A DNA stretch of 64,000 bases. Origin: Octopus sinensis. Its lineage: Eukaryota. Positions 22,795 to 36,088 of this stretch are shown here, piece by piece. A program made the position numbers and the translations under genes. The stretch is from the NCBI RefSeq assembly GCF_006345805.1, contig NC_043010.1, positions 51,894,001 through 51,958,000 on the forward strand, written 5' to 3'. Under the pieces are notes generated by a model. The model was not told the DNA's origin. It did not search any database and was given only the letters and a program-made list of their open reading frames with translations. Position 1 is the stretch's first letter. Each line of letters opens with the position of its first letter.

Positions 22795-25216
22795 TTGTTT
22801 GGCATTACAGTAAAGTTGACCGTAGATTCCTAACCACACACTCGTAATGGAACAGTAAGTGAATGTGCGCGTATGCGTAATTGGGTGTAAGTGCGCGCGA
22901 GCATATATGTGAAAAATACAGCCAAAATGTCAATAAAGTAAAAATTAAATAAATACATAAAACAGTTAATGAAATTCGAAAAGTAGTTCTTTATATTCGC
23001 GAAAATATCCACTTCTAAAAACAAGCCAACCTATTATACTAATTGTATTTGTAAGATGTCAAGTACACACTAATTGCTTTATAAATTTCTCCTTGTCCTC
23101 TTGTTATTTTTGCTTAGAAAAAAATCTTCAACGCTTGTAATTAACGAATAGAGTATTCTATAGATATTTTTAAAATATTTTCCTTTTAATTACTTTTACT
23201 CCCTGGTGATTGCTAATTCAAAGTATTAGATTAGTAGAACTGTTAGTATTTAGTTTCAATTTCTAAGGTTCTAAGTTCGAATCACACCGAAGTTAATTTT
23301 GTAGGTAAAACTACAGATGCGTACCTCTCTGCCTCACCCACCCACCGATTTTGTTTCGTTATGACTTTCTGAATAATGAATATAATTTTATTATAATTTT
23401 CCAGAGTTACATTTTAGATAGTGTAAATTAAAGTTATACTGAAACTTTTAGCGAAAAGCTTTTTTGGATAGTTGGAGAGGAATTTCGGATAATTCACACA
23501 ACTCTTATTAACTTTCTGAAAAATGGATAGTTTTTTATAAAATTTTCTATAAATATGCTTCAGATGGTAGAGATTACGATTATGTCTGAGTTTGAGGTGA
23601 AAAAAGAAAACTGTGGGTAGCATCGCGCGACGGATAATTCACATAGTCCAACTTTATTTTCTGTTATGTGAAATAGCCGCTCCGCCCACTTTTTTTTTTT
23701 TTTTTTACTCATCAAATTCCGTTATAATAATAGTCTGAAACGTATTTGTTCTTTTACTTGTTCCAGTATTTGTGTTGCGGCCATGCTGGAGCACTGCCTT
23801 GAAGGGTTTATTCAAACAAATCGCCTCCACCCCCGCTGTACTTATTTTTTAAGTCTGATACTCACACACTCTCTCTCTCTCTCTCTCTCTCCATCTCTCA
23901 AACCTTTAGGTTACAGTGGCGTAAACAAACCAACACTAGCTGTCAAGCGGGGGGGTGGGACTAACACACACACACACATGCACAGTGGGCGTCCACATAG
24001 TTTCCTTCAACCGAATCCACTCACAGGGCATTGATCGACCCAGAACTTATAGCAGGAGACACTTGTCCAAGGTGTCACAAAGTGGAATTGACTTCCTTAG
24101 TTTTGTCAATAATGGACTCTCAACTGCTAGAGAAAGCAGCAACTCATCTCCTTGCAAGGGACATATACAAAAACAGTGCCAAAACAGGCACTGGTGTCAC
24201 CATTAGCTAGTGATTAACCCCCTAACCATCAACTATCCATCTGTCACAACTTCAAACAACCCCCCCACCACCTGCACTTTATCCTAACCTTCAGCAGCCA
24301 AGCGTCATCCACGTGCAACTGAAACACTTCATGTGAAATCTACAGACTTCGACATTTAGATACCTCAAAAACATCCCCTAATGGAATCATACCAATCTTG
24401 TCCCCTTTGAGAATACAATCCCTATACACATCTCATTCTAATTTTGACACAAGGCTAACAATTTTGAGGGGAGAGAGCAGTCAATTACATCCACCCAAGA
24501 GATTGACTGGTACTGGTTTTATTGATCCCAAAAGGATGAAAAGCAAAATTGGACTTGGTAGGATTGGAATTCAGAATGAAGAGTCCCAAAAAATACTCCT
24601 ACACAGCACTTGTGCTAGTAGCATGTGAAAAAACATTTGAGCGAGGTCATTGCCAGTGCTGCTGGACTGGTGGCACATAAAAAACACCATTTGAGTGTGG
24701 CTGTTGCCAGTACCGCCTGACTGGCCCTTGTGCCGGTGGTATGTAAAAGCACCCACTACACTCTCGGAGTGGTTGGCATTAGGAAGGGCATCCAGCTGTA
24801 GAAACTCTGCCAGATCAAAATTGGAGCCTGGTGCAGCCATCTGGTTTGCCAGTCCTCAGTCAAATCATTCAACTCATGCTAGCATGGAAAGCAGACGTTA
24901 AACGATGATGATGATGATTTTGTCCAACTCACTAACAGTTCTGCCCGCTTACCTCCTTACAATCGCTATAAATATCCTCTCAACTAAAGCAAAAAAGGCC
25001 TGAAATTTGTGGAAAGGGTGATAATTGATTACATCAACCTGTGTTCAACTAGGGTTGATGTAATCAACCTTGAAAGGCAAAGTTGATCTTGGCAGAATTT
25101 CAACTCAGAATGTAAAGATGGGAGAAATGCCACTAAGCATCTTGTCCAGGATGCTAACGGTTCTGCCAGCTCACCCCCTTCACAATCACTACATATATAT
25201 ACACCCGTCTACCACC

Positions 25217-25563
25217 CACCTTTTCAAACTCCACCCGTGGACATATTTGCAAGGTCAGAAAACAGCACAGCTCCCATGACTTTAGGAAGCATTTTTTTCA
25301 TGCTGAGAGTTGCTGAAGCATGGAACAAACTGCCGGCATCAGTTGTTAGTTGTTGGAGCACTGCATCCTTCAAAACTTCCATGCTTCCTGAGATTTGCCA
25401 ACACTACACCTGATTTTCTCCCCTCCATACACACATAAGCATGTATCTGACTCATACATTGTTCGCTTCCCAGACATTTGTACATTACTGCATATACTTA
25501 ATATGCACTTTTGACAAGTTGTGGTGTACCTGAGCACTGTATACAATAATTTCATTATTATAT
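25217..25563 (+). mobile_element. CR1-type LINE 3' fragment
   Basis: TRGH..KVRKQHSSHDFRKHFF..RVAEAWNKLP-like C-terminus, shared 3' UTR, (ATT)n tail. Other copies at 26711-26990 and ~56610-56926. Confidence 0.8.
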
Positions 25564-26412
25564 AAACACAGGATGTGTGTATATCTGTGTTTGTCATGTC
25601 ATTAAAACTCAAGATCCACCTGACAGGTTTTAATGAAATTTTATACATGCATTACATAGGGTCCATGGAGTGTCATGGGCCAAAAAAATTTTCAACTTCT
25701 TGCCTAATGCGGGCCTAAGGGGCAGATAAACCACAATTTTAAAGCATTTTCTCAGCGTTAAGGCCCATAACTTGAAGAGTATCCAGTCACTTTCCTCCAA
25801 ATTTGCAGCAAACATTAATCAGGCTCCTCAAATTGCTGTTGTCTAAAAAAATTTCTGACACCAACTATGGGGCCCGCCAAAAATGCAGATTAATCAGATT
25901 TGAGTATACTGCACTGAGTTTTATCTTTGTTTTAGGCCATTTTCCTACGATAAAATATTGACACTACTCATGCATTATAAGTAGCGTATAATATTTCATG
26001 AAAATCTTTTTGCCTAATTTGGCAGAGGAAATGAGAAGAACATTAAAATTTTTGTCAGTGCCCTGTTGATGCTTCATGTTATCATCCCATGTACCACCGG
26101 GCCTTGTGTATGTGGCTGGGTAAAGGTACAACAAACCCACTCGTCCATTCTGCAGAAGTGCCCCGTTGTTGTTTCACGTTTCCGATCCTGCGCAACACAG
26201 CATGGCCTTCAACAGCATGTCTGCTTTCTATGCCATCCATGTCTGAACTATATAATGCAAAATGTTCATACAAAAAAATAAACTGCTGTTGTGACTCACA
26301 GCCAATTGAGTTTCACCACGTGACCACTTCTGGAATCTACACTTGCCACCTGCAATTAGTCCCCCCACCCCACCTGTGTTCCCTCCCCGTTTAGTTTTAG
26401 TCAGAGTAAATA

Positions 26413-27171
26413 CAGGGTGTCCCAGAATTTATGATGATTTGAGTGAAATCAGATGCATATTTTTTAAAACTCACTTTTATTTACATTTATCATGTTTAAT
26501 ATGTGTTGAAAGTGTATAAATTTTGAATTTTGTTTATAATTCTATTTTCGTTCCTGTTGGACCCCTCTTATTTGTCCATGACAGTTTTTATCCAATTTGG
26601 CAGCAATCATTTTTCTTTTTACCTCCATCCCCATGATGGAGCAATTGTTTAGGTGAGCTTAAAGAACACATTCAGTTAGCAGTGGAGGAGTTAACTCCTG
26701 AAATGTTTCAAAATGAACACCTTTTTGATCTCCATGTGTCTAACACACGTGGACATGCCTACAAAGTCAGAAAACAACACAGCTCCCATGACTTTCGGAA
26801 ACATTTTTTCACGCTCAGAGTTGCTGAAGCATGGAATAAACTGCCTGCGTCAGTTGTTGACTGCCATGAACTGCATCCTTTAAGGCCCTCATGCTTTCCG
26901 AAATCCGCCGAAACTACACCTGATTATATATACACTTTAGATGAGTTGTAGTGCACCTGAGCACTGTACACAATTATTATTATTATTATGTGTTTCACAA
27001 CACTAAGGAGAGATTTGAAGTATGCAGGGATACAGACATGTTGAAAATTTTCAATAAATGTCTGACGTAAGATTTATAAATTTGTTTTGTTTAGGTAATA
27101 AACATAAAATCTCGTCAGTTTTTTAAGCCTTTCCTCAATTTTATCAAAACTGATAATTCTGGAACACCCCG
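26413..27171 (+). mobile_element. Internally deleted Tc1/mariner-type element with nested CR1 fragment
   Basis: TIRs CAGGGTGTCCCAGAATT / AATTCTGGAACACCCCG (2 mismatches), left TA. Remnant LKEHIQLAVEELTPEM..FHNTKERFEVC is interrupted by CR1 (26711-26990) with TSD TGTTTCA. Confidence 0.7.
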
Positions 27172-27678
27172 TGTGGTGTAGTGTTGCTAGTCGTTGCATT
27201 GCTCGAGTAAATATTAAAATCAAAGGTCTTCTTGCCATAAACATCTCATCTTGTTAAGCATAATGTATCAAGGAGTCTATCAACCAAAATGTATCTCTCC
27301 TTTATGGCTGTATGGTTGAGAAGGTTGCTTCCCAACCATGTCGCCTTGGGTTCAATCCCACTCTGCAGCATGTTGGGCAATACCCTTTCACTGCAGTTCT
27401 ATGCCAACCAAAGCCTTGTGTATTATATAATTGCCATTACTGTATTGATAAATAAAATAACACATACAACTCACTTATTATTGTCATATAATAAACAAAC
27501 AGAAGCTCATGTATGAAATTGATCTTTTTTCTACTTCAATTATTAAATGATTTTTTCTTATAAAATACACACATACAGGAGGAGTAAATCTATATATATA
27601 ATAACACTTTGAATGTGACTCCCAAGAAAGAGTAAAAGTAATTACCCGATCAACAATGGGTATTACTGCTTGTATGTG

Positions 27679-27729
<51 letters not shown>

Positions 27730-29235
27730 CATCAAGAAAATATTACCAATCCTTCCCCAACAAAAATATATAACTAGAATGAAAAACATGCAATTAGAAC
27801 CTTCAGCGTTGCTACAAATACTCGGCCTCACCACCCTTAAAAAGCTCTCCTAAGCATAGTTGGCCTGTGCATATCCTCATCAACACATATCCTCATCATA
27901 GCAAAGACTGCCCCTTTCCCTCTTCACAACTAGAAAATACTTCAAACCCTAACAACTAACCCTCAACAACTCAGGTGATACCCACAATAGGATGCTGCTC
28001 CCAGTCTGGGAGAATGCTGGTTACACATTATAGGATGTCTATGTGTAACAATTAGTTACCTTTGTTCTGGGCTTGTCTTTAAACTGCATCCAGTAGTGGG
28101 GACTTCGGGAGTTCCAGGGTTTTAAGAAGTGGGAACCACACACACATGTATATATATATATATATATATACAGCAGGCTTCTAGTTTCTGTCTACCAAAT
28201 CCACTCACAAGGCTTTGATCGACCTGAAGCTATAGTAGAAGACACTTGCCCAAGGTGCCACACAGTGGGACTGAACCTGGAACCATGTGGTTGGTAAACA
28301 AGCTACTTACCAGACAGCCACTCCTGTGCCTTGTTTGTTAATAACTTTAATTTCAATGTTTTGTTGTTTTTTTTTTAAATACATTTTCTATTAGAACAAA
28401 AAGAAATGGTGTCAAAGTAAAATAACATTGCAAGTTTTAGATTAAAATGATTTTATTTTTTAATATGGTATTATAGTTTTTTTTATTAAGGCTTTCATTA
28501 ATCTGAATTTTAATTATTTTCTTTCAACCTTTGAGATGAGGATTTTCGGTATGTAGTGACCCATATTTTCCAGCATACAAGTTGACAAAGCATAATATAG
28601 CATAAATATTCAAACATTGCCATTATCCTTTCAATTGCTGCTGCATGTCAATGGAATTTATGGCCCTCCAAAGTTGTATAATTTGTCCTACATTTTTTTG
28701 GCAGTAAACTTTGGTCTGAAAAATTCAATTTTTATACCAGAAAATATGTTCCTGCTTCCACAGAAAATTGCATTTGATTGAATGGTCTGAAGTCATTCAC
28801 CAACACATTTCAACTACTTTCCCTCAGGCATGCTGTGTCTTCTCTCTGTCTTTTCTACCACTACTGCTGTGGTCTATGCTCTTCAAAGCCTGCTGGTGTC
28901 ATGTCATGTCCACTCAAGAATTTTTCTCCTCTCACAAAAACATAGTTTCTGTCCACCGATGCCTTACACTAACCATTATACTTTCTGAAGTTGATCTGAA
29001 GAACATGAACCATGATGTTGTATGTCGTGAAGGGTTTGAAAAGGCCATGGGTGGGATCAGCCCATCCCCTTAAAAAAGACTTTCATTTTCATATTGCTCT
29101 GTAAATTATGATTTTAACAAAACTGTTTTCATTTTCATATTTACTGTATTTAATCTTATCTTTTACTTGTTTCAGTCATTGGACTGCAGCCATTCTGGAG
29201 TACTACCCTGAAAGATTTTAGTTGGCCAGTGCATA

Positions 29236-29305
<70 letters not shown>

Positions 29306-29744
29306 GAAAGGAGTACAGTGAACTTGCTGTGAGGAGTGGAATATCCAACGTATCGGATTCAATAGAAAATTTTCCTCAATGAATCCATTTATGCAAACTT
29401 ATAGTTATAGACTTTTAAAATGATGGTGATGGTGATGGTAGTGGTGTTGATGATGGAATGAGCAGTACAATATTCAAACTTAGTTGCTACTTGACCACAA
29501 TTATTACAGTGTTTTTTTTTGTTTTTTTTTGTCTTTGGTCAGTGTTATTTCCTATTGGTTCCATCTAGAAATCAAACGAAATGACTACTATTCCTTTCAA
29601 ACTTTGTTTTTCTGACCTGGACATCAATGTTTTCAAAATAACCCATTTTCCATTACATTTCAGACAGATTTGGTGCCGAGTTACTGAAGCAGAAATATCA
29701 TTACAGCAAATATTTTGCTCAATACCACAGATTTCTATGTCAAC

Positions 29745-29916
29745 CTAGGCCCCCATATCTACGGCATTCGCCGCTGGAATAAGGAGTGGTTGGAGATCAC
29801 GCAGTCATTAGCCTCAAATCGCCAGGCCTGGTTGGCATCTGTGAAAGATGCAGCATTGGGGATGAATGAAGCCAGCTCAACCCATCCCGGGTGAATGCTG
29901 TCAAGTCAATTCAGTC
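29745..29916 (+). mobile_element. RTE-type LINE 3' fragment with 14-bp TSD
   Basis: Encodes ...EITQSLASNRQAWLASVKDAA...STHPG*. Flanked by atttctatgtcaac at 29731-29744 and 29917-29930. Confidence 0.65.
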
Positions 29917-31519
29917 ATTTCTATGTCAACTGCTTCACGTCAACCACTTGAGCATGTCCCTTAGTGACTGACAATACGTGCATCTTCAATTATGAGGAAT
30001 AGCAGGAGACTTACCAAGTCTCTTCATCAGTAGCAGACATCCGGTAGCTGCACAGCAACTGAATCTCACTGTCATAAAAAAATTGTTTGATGTTTGTAAA
30101 ATTAGTAGCAATTAATTTGAAGAAAGAAGATGGGGAGGCTGGATACGTTAAACCATGCTGTCTGTGGTGGGCAGAAGCATTCTTATTAACAAGCACAGTC
30201 TTTTGAGATGAGAGATAAAAAATATAGACACTAGATGCTGTGACACTAGATGTGTGGGTATCCATATTCAGTGTCAACATCCCTGTCATTATAAAACCAC
30301 TTCCAGCTGGCCAATGTGATCCAGAGGAAGGCATGGCTATGTAGTTAAGAAGCTCAATTTGCAACCACAAGGTTTTGGGTTCAATTCCAATGCACGGGAT
30401 CTTGTGCAAGTGTCTTCTACTATAAGCCTCAGCTCAACCAATGCCTTGTGAGTGAATTTGGTAGAGTGGAGATGGTATAAAACCTTGTAGTGTGTGTGTG
30501 TGTGTGTGTGTGTACAGGTGTTAGCCCACCCTTACCAAATGACAACTGATTTTAGTTTGTTTACCTCTATAACTTAGAGATTCAGTAAAAGTGACTGATA
30601 AAATTAGTATGAGATTTTACAAACAAAATAGCTGCACCAGCATCTGGTTGGTACTCATTTTTCAGTCAAGCAGACTGGAGTGATAATGATATGAAGTGCT
30701 TTGCTCAAGGACACAGTGCACTACCTTGTTCAAGAATTGAACTCTCAACTTTATGAACATGAGCCCAACATTTAACCACTTGGCCACTCAACTTCACAAT
30801 TAATGGAATAATTAATATAAAAAATAAACAGCCGACCAAAGCCTTGTGAGTGGATTTGGTAGACGGAAACTCAAAGAAGCCCGTCGTATATATGTATGTG
30901 TGTGTGTGTGCGCGTATGTTTGTGTGTCTCTGTTTGTCCCCCTAGCATTGCATGACAACCGATGCTGGTGTGTTTATGTCCCCGTAACTTAGCAGTTCAG
31001 CAAAAGAGACCGATAGAATAAGTACGGGGCTTACAAAGAATAAGTCATGGGGTCGATTTGCTTGACAAAACGTGGTGCTCCAGCATGGCCGCAGTCAAAT
31101 GACTGAAACAAGTAAAAGAGAGCAGAAAGAACTACAAAGAAAAAAAAAAAAAAGAGAAGAAAAGGAAGAGACAGACAGACAGACAAACAAACAAACAAAC
31201 AAAGGACAAAGAAAAATGAAAACAAAACTTTTTTAAAAAATCGAAGTGAAATTACAACAAAATTTATACCCATATTGAAAAGGAAAAAAATATTTAAAGG
31301 CAGAAACAAATTATAAAAGCAAAATAACAATAATGATAATTTTTCGGTCTAATAAAATATCAAGAGCGAAAAAATATGCAGCTAATGTTTGGCTGATGGT
31401 AGCGCAACCAAGTGTGTATGTATGTATATAATAGCTGTGTGTGTCTGTGTGTTTATGAGTAACATTGTTGAGTGGAGTGGAGCGAGGTGCAGTTTAACTA
31501 GGAAAAAAAGTACTCAGTT

Positions 31520-31686
31520 ATCATAGCAAAGTGTAGAATACATACATATATACACGCATGCACACACACACACACACATACTGATACATATATTTATTAT
31601 GTATACCTCTATATTGTATACTTACATATAATACATATACACACATATAATACATACATACATAAATATATTGTATGTGTGTGTAT

Positions 31687-31721
<35 letters not shown>

Positions 31722-31960
31722 CACAAACATACATATATGCATGCATATATAAACACATTTTATATATATACATAATATATACATACACACATACATACAT
31801 AAATATATTGTATGTGTGTGTATATATATACACACACACACACAAACATACATATATGCATGCATATATATTTTATATAAACATAATATATACATACACA
31901 CATATACATATATATATGTATATATGACATACATACACACACATTTTGAGTACTCTTTTT
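31520..31960. repeat. Compound (TA)/(CA)/(TACA) microsatellite with internal duplication
   Basis: Low-complexity tract just 3' of NUP155; source of several spurious ORFs. Confidence 0.85.
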
Positions 31961-32241
31961 CCCGTTTGTATCTTTAAATGTATATACCAATATATACACA
32001 CACAAGCAGTTATTATTGTCATTGTTGTTGACGTTAGCTACCACTAATGGCCAGCAAACTTCCACAGAGTGGTCCTTATGAATAGGTCGGCTTTAGATGA
32101 GAAGGAAAGTGATCAGGCCCTTTAACAAGAAATCAGCTGCTGGGTCGGTAAGTCCCCTAGGGAGAGGGGGGGAGAAGGCCATCATCGTTGTTGGTGAACA
32201 ACAAATAAGCAGAGGTCAGCCAGGTTCCACTGAAATTTTAT

Positions 32242-32380
32242 TTACATTCGTTCCAGTTTCGCCTGAACTGAGCGGTATTTGTTTACAAGTTGGCGCACTT
32301 CAGGGTCTGTGCTGCTGATTGCTTGTAGCTCCACCTGGTAGCTGGACACTGCATCAAGGCAATAAGTGAAAAACTGCCTC
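32242..32380 (-). CDS. NUP155: NUP155 last coding exon
   Basis: RQFFTYCLDAVSSYQVELQAISSTDPEVRQLVNKYRSVQAKLERM*, matching the Nup155 C-terminus (...LQAKLERL). Confidence 0.95.
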
Positions 32381-34790
32381 CTGCAAAAAGAAGAAAGAAA
32401 GAAAGTATAAAGACCAAATGTCATAAAATATCATTCGTTTTAAAATAATAGCTATCATTGATGATAATCATGATGTCTATAATTAATTACATATGCTTGG
32501 TTTTGGGCATCCTCCCTACTCAAGCCAACCCTCCCAATCTCCTTCTCCCTTCACGTTTTCCTCAGACTATCTTACTTTCAAGGTCTGTTTACCTCAAACC
32601 CAAGCACCCTCCTCAGAACATGCACCTCATCCCTCCTCATCCCATACCAATTTCTTTACTACCCACAAGGGAGCTAAACACAGAGAGGACAAACAAGGAC
32701 AGAGAAACGGTATTAAGTCGATTATATCGACCCCAGTGTGTAACTGGTACCTATTTAATCGACCCCAAAAAGATGAAAGGCAAAGTCGACCTCGGCAGAA
32801 TTCGAATGTTGCGGCAGACGAAATACTGCTAAGCATTTCGGCTGGTGTGCTAACGATTCTGCCAGCTCACTGCCTTCCATTCATTTTAACATAATAGCTA
32901 TCAATGATGATAATCATGATGTCTATAATTAATTACATATGTAATATCAACACAAACATTATTACGATATACAACAGTCAAACATTTTAGTCAACACTCC
33001 ACTAAAAAAAAAAAGGGTAGATGCAAAAAACAAATCGTTAACTCTTTTGATATCAAACCACCCAAGACTGTATCTATGATACAAATTTCTTATTTTAAAG
33101 TCAGCTAAATTAACCCTTTAGCACCATCCAAGCGTGATTGTTGCCAGGGCAGCTAACTGGCCTCCGTACCGGTGGCACGTAAGAGGCACCATTCGAGCGT
33201 GATCGTTACCAGCATCACCTTACTGACACCTGTGCCGGTAGCATGTGTAAAAAGATTCGAGCGAGGTCGTAGCGAGTACTGCCTGATTGGCCCCCGTGCT
33301 GGTGGCACGTAAAAGCACCCACTACACTCTCGGAGTGGTTGGCGTTAGGAAGGGCATCCAGCTGTAGAAACTCTACCAGATCAAGATTGAAGCCTGGTGC
33401 AGCCATCTGATTCGCCGGCCCTCTGACAAATCGTCCAAACCATGCTAGCATGGAAAGCAGACGTTAAACAATGATGATGATGATGATGATTTCTGTTGAA
33501 ATACACTGCCTTCGTTTCAATAATTTTTGAAACCAATGAAGAATTTATCAAAATAATTGCACTCTTAGTATTTAAACCAGTCAAATCCAGTCAAAATATT
33601 CTGTTTTATCTTCAAACTGGTTGAATCCGGCCTTTCACACCTACCCCCAATAGTGTTACTTTAAAAATAAACAATTACATCATCAAAATCTTAAGACTAT
33701 GAGACAAAGCATGATTAATTCAAAACAATGTGAAGAAATAAGCATTACATTTGACAGAGTAATGTGAATGCTAAAGGGTTAAACTTGTGTTTGGAATATA
33801 AATTAACATGGAATTTTGATGGGGGATTTTAATTTAGATCATTTTAAAACAGTGAATTTGTATCATAGGAGCAGGGGCAGTCTTACGTGGGTTGCTATCA
33901 AAAGGGTTAAAACCCCCCACAAAAATTTCATATTAATTTATCTTTCAAATACCAGCTTTATTATGATAAAGGTATTTTACTAAATTCTTCATTATTACCA
34001 AAATTAATTAAAACAAGGACAGTGTGTTTTAACAGAACTTCGGTAATGAAAAAGATTTTTTTAAAAAGTGGGTGGTAGTTACATTAACCCTTTCGATACC
34101 AACCAGCCTGAAACTGTCTCTGGCTCTGTAGTACAAATGTCATTTTCAAAAGGTTCTCAATTAAAATCTTCTACCAAACCTTTGTCACAATTTATGTTCC
34201 TAACACTAGCTTAATGATAAAGTTATTTTACTAAATTCTTTGTTATATTTAATGTAATTGAAAGAAATACAGAGCATCTCAAAATAAATACAGTAACAAA
34301 ATCACGACAAATTTATGCTATAAGTTACTTGGTGACCCTGCCAGTGCTGGTGCCACATAAAAAGTATATAGTCCACACTGTAAAGTGGTTGGCATTTGGA
34401 AGGGAAGCCAGCTGTAAAACCCACATCAAAACTGACCTTGCCTGTGCTGGTGCCAAAATATATATATATATATATATACACGATATTTACCACATGAACT
34501 ACGATGAAAAAAATGATGAAAAAAATGAGAAAGATATGCATATAATTTTTTTGTGCAGGGATTCCTTGAGACGTAATTTAATTTAAGGGTTATGCAAGGG
34601 TAAAAAGGTTGAGGAACACTGCTCTATAGAATGGCTGGCATTAGAAATGGCACGTATTGTGTTCAAAAGCCAAGTATATTACTATGTTAGAAACCAGTTC
34701 ATTCTTTAAAGGAAGAACTCAAAGAAATGCACACACACACAGGCATAGGTAGGTAGGGAGTCAGACAGATAAAAAGAGGTTTAAACTTAC

Positions 34791-34897
34791 CGTTCTGCTG
34801 TCGGAATCAAGTGGATCATGTTCGTTAATTTATCAATAAGATGGTATAAAACTGTGAGAATGTGTAATGGTTTGTGGTATTTCTGCCAGCTTGGACC
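34791..34897 (-). CDS. NUP155: NUP155 exon
   Basis: GPSWQKYHKPLHILTVLYHLIDKLTNMIHLIPTAE(R) (compare DPFWNRMKKPLHLL). Confidence 0.9.
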
Positions 34898-35484
34898 CTA
34901 GTGAAATAAACGATAAAGACAACGTAAATATATTTACACAGAATCTCACTTGAAACCAGTGCCAGGTTTACCATTGTGCTTAGGTGAGCTCTGTGGCTGT
35001 GCCACACAGCCACACCCCACTTACGAATATAACATTTAAAATGTCATTGATCTTTAATACTTGGTTGCTGGTTCTAAATAAACCATGAAATATCTATGAG
35101 GTCAGACATATATATAAACTGCAACCTTCGTGTTTCCAAGCAAGGTAATATTTTTCCCCGTAACTGGAGTGTCTCCACAGAAGACTGGAAACAAACACTG
35201 ACTGTATGATGGTAATGCTGATCTTTTACTTGTTTCAATCATTGGACACTCCCCTACTTATTTTTTAACCCGTTAGCTTTCAGGTTACTGTCAAATGTAT
35301 TGCTTATTTATTTGCATTGTTTTGAATTAATCTCTTATCTTTTACTCGTTTCAGTCATTTGACTGGCCATGCTGGAGCACCACCTATAGTAGTACTTATT
35401 CTATCGGTCTCTTTTGCCAAACTGCTAAGTTACGGGGGACGTAAACACTCCAGCATCGGTTGTCAAGCGATGTTGGGGTGACAA

Positions 35485-35533
<49 letters not shown>

Positions 35534-35951
35534 CACACATATACGACAGGCTTCTTTCAGTTTCTGTCTACCAAATCCACTCACAAGGCTTTGGTCGGCC
35601 CGAGGCTATAGTAGAAGACACTTGCCCAAGGTGCCACGTAGTGGGACTGAACCCAGGACCATGTGGTTCGTAAGCAAGCTACTTACCACACAGCCACTCC
35701 TATGCCTATCATATATAATTTTGTAGCTTCAAGATTTCAATGATGTGATTGTATATTTTTAGAATGACATTGTAGGGTAGGTGTCAAAAGCTAGATCCAG
35801 TCAGTTTGAACATAAAACAAGTAAAATATTTTGGGCCAGTTTAAATGCTAAAGGATTAAACTTAGCACTTATTTTATTATTTACTTTTGCCAAACTATTA
35901 ACCCAAAACAGGCATTTTTTACCCACAAGATTCTAGTATGAAGAGGCTCAC

Positions 35952-36088
35952 CCGAAATTTGAAGATGGAATCGTAAACCTGTAGCAACTTTGTAGGTTTC
36001 ACGCCAAAATCGAGTAGTGTGTTGAAGACCCATATTGGAGACAGATCATGCTGACAACTGCACTGCTCCAAGTATTTTGTGATGAAGG
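35952..36088 (-). CDS. NUP155: NUP155 exon
   Basis: (A)FITKYLEQCSCQHDLSPIWVFNTLLDFGVKPTKLLQVYDSIFKFR; donor |gtgagc. Confidence 0.92.

Noticed and set aside
28560-29080. Possible coding or transposase remnant
   Set aside because: Stops in the frames examined and no motif I could recognise; needs BLASTx.
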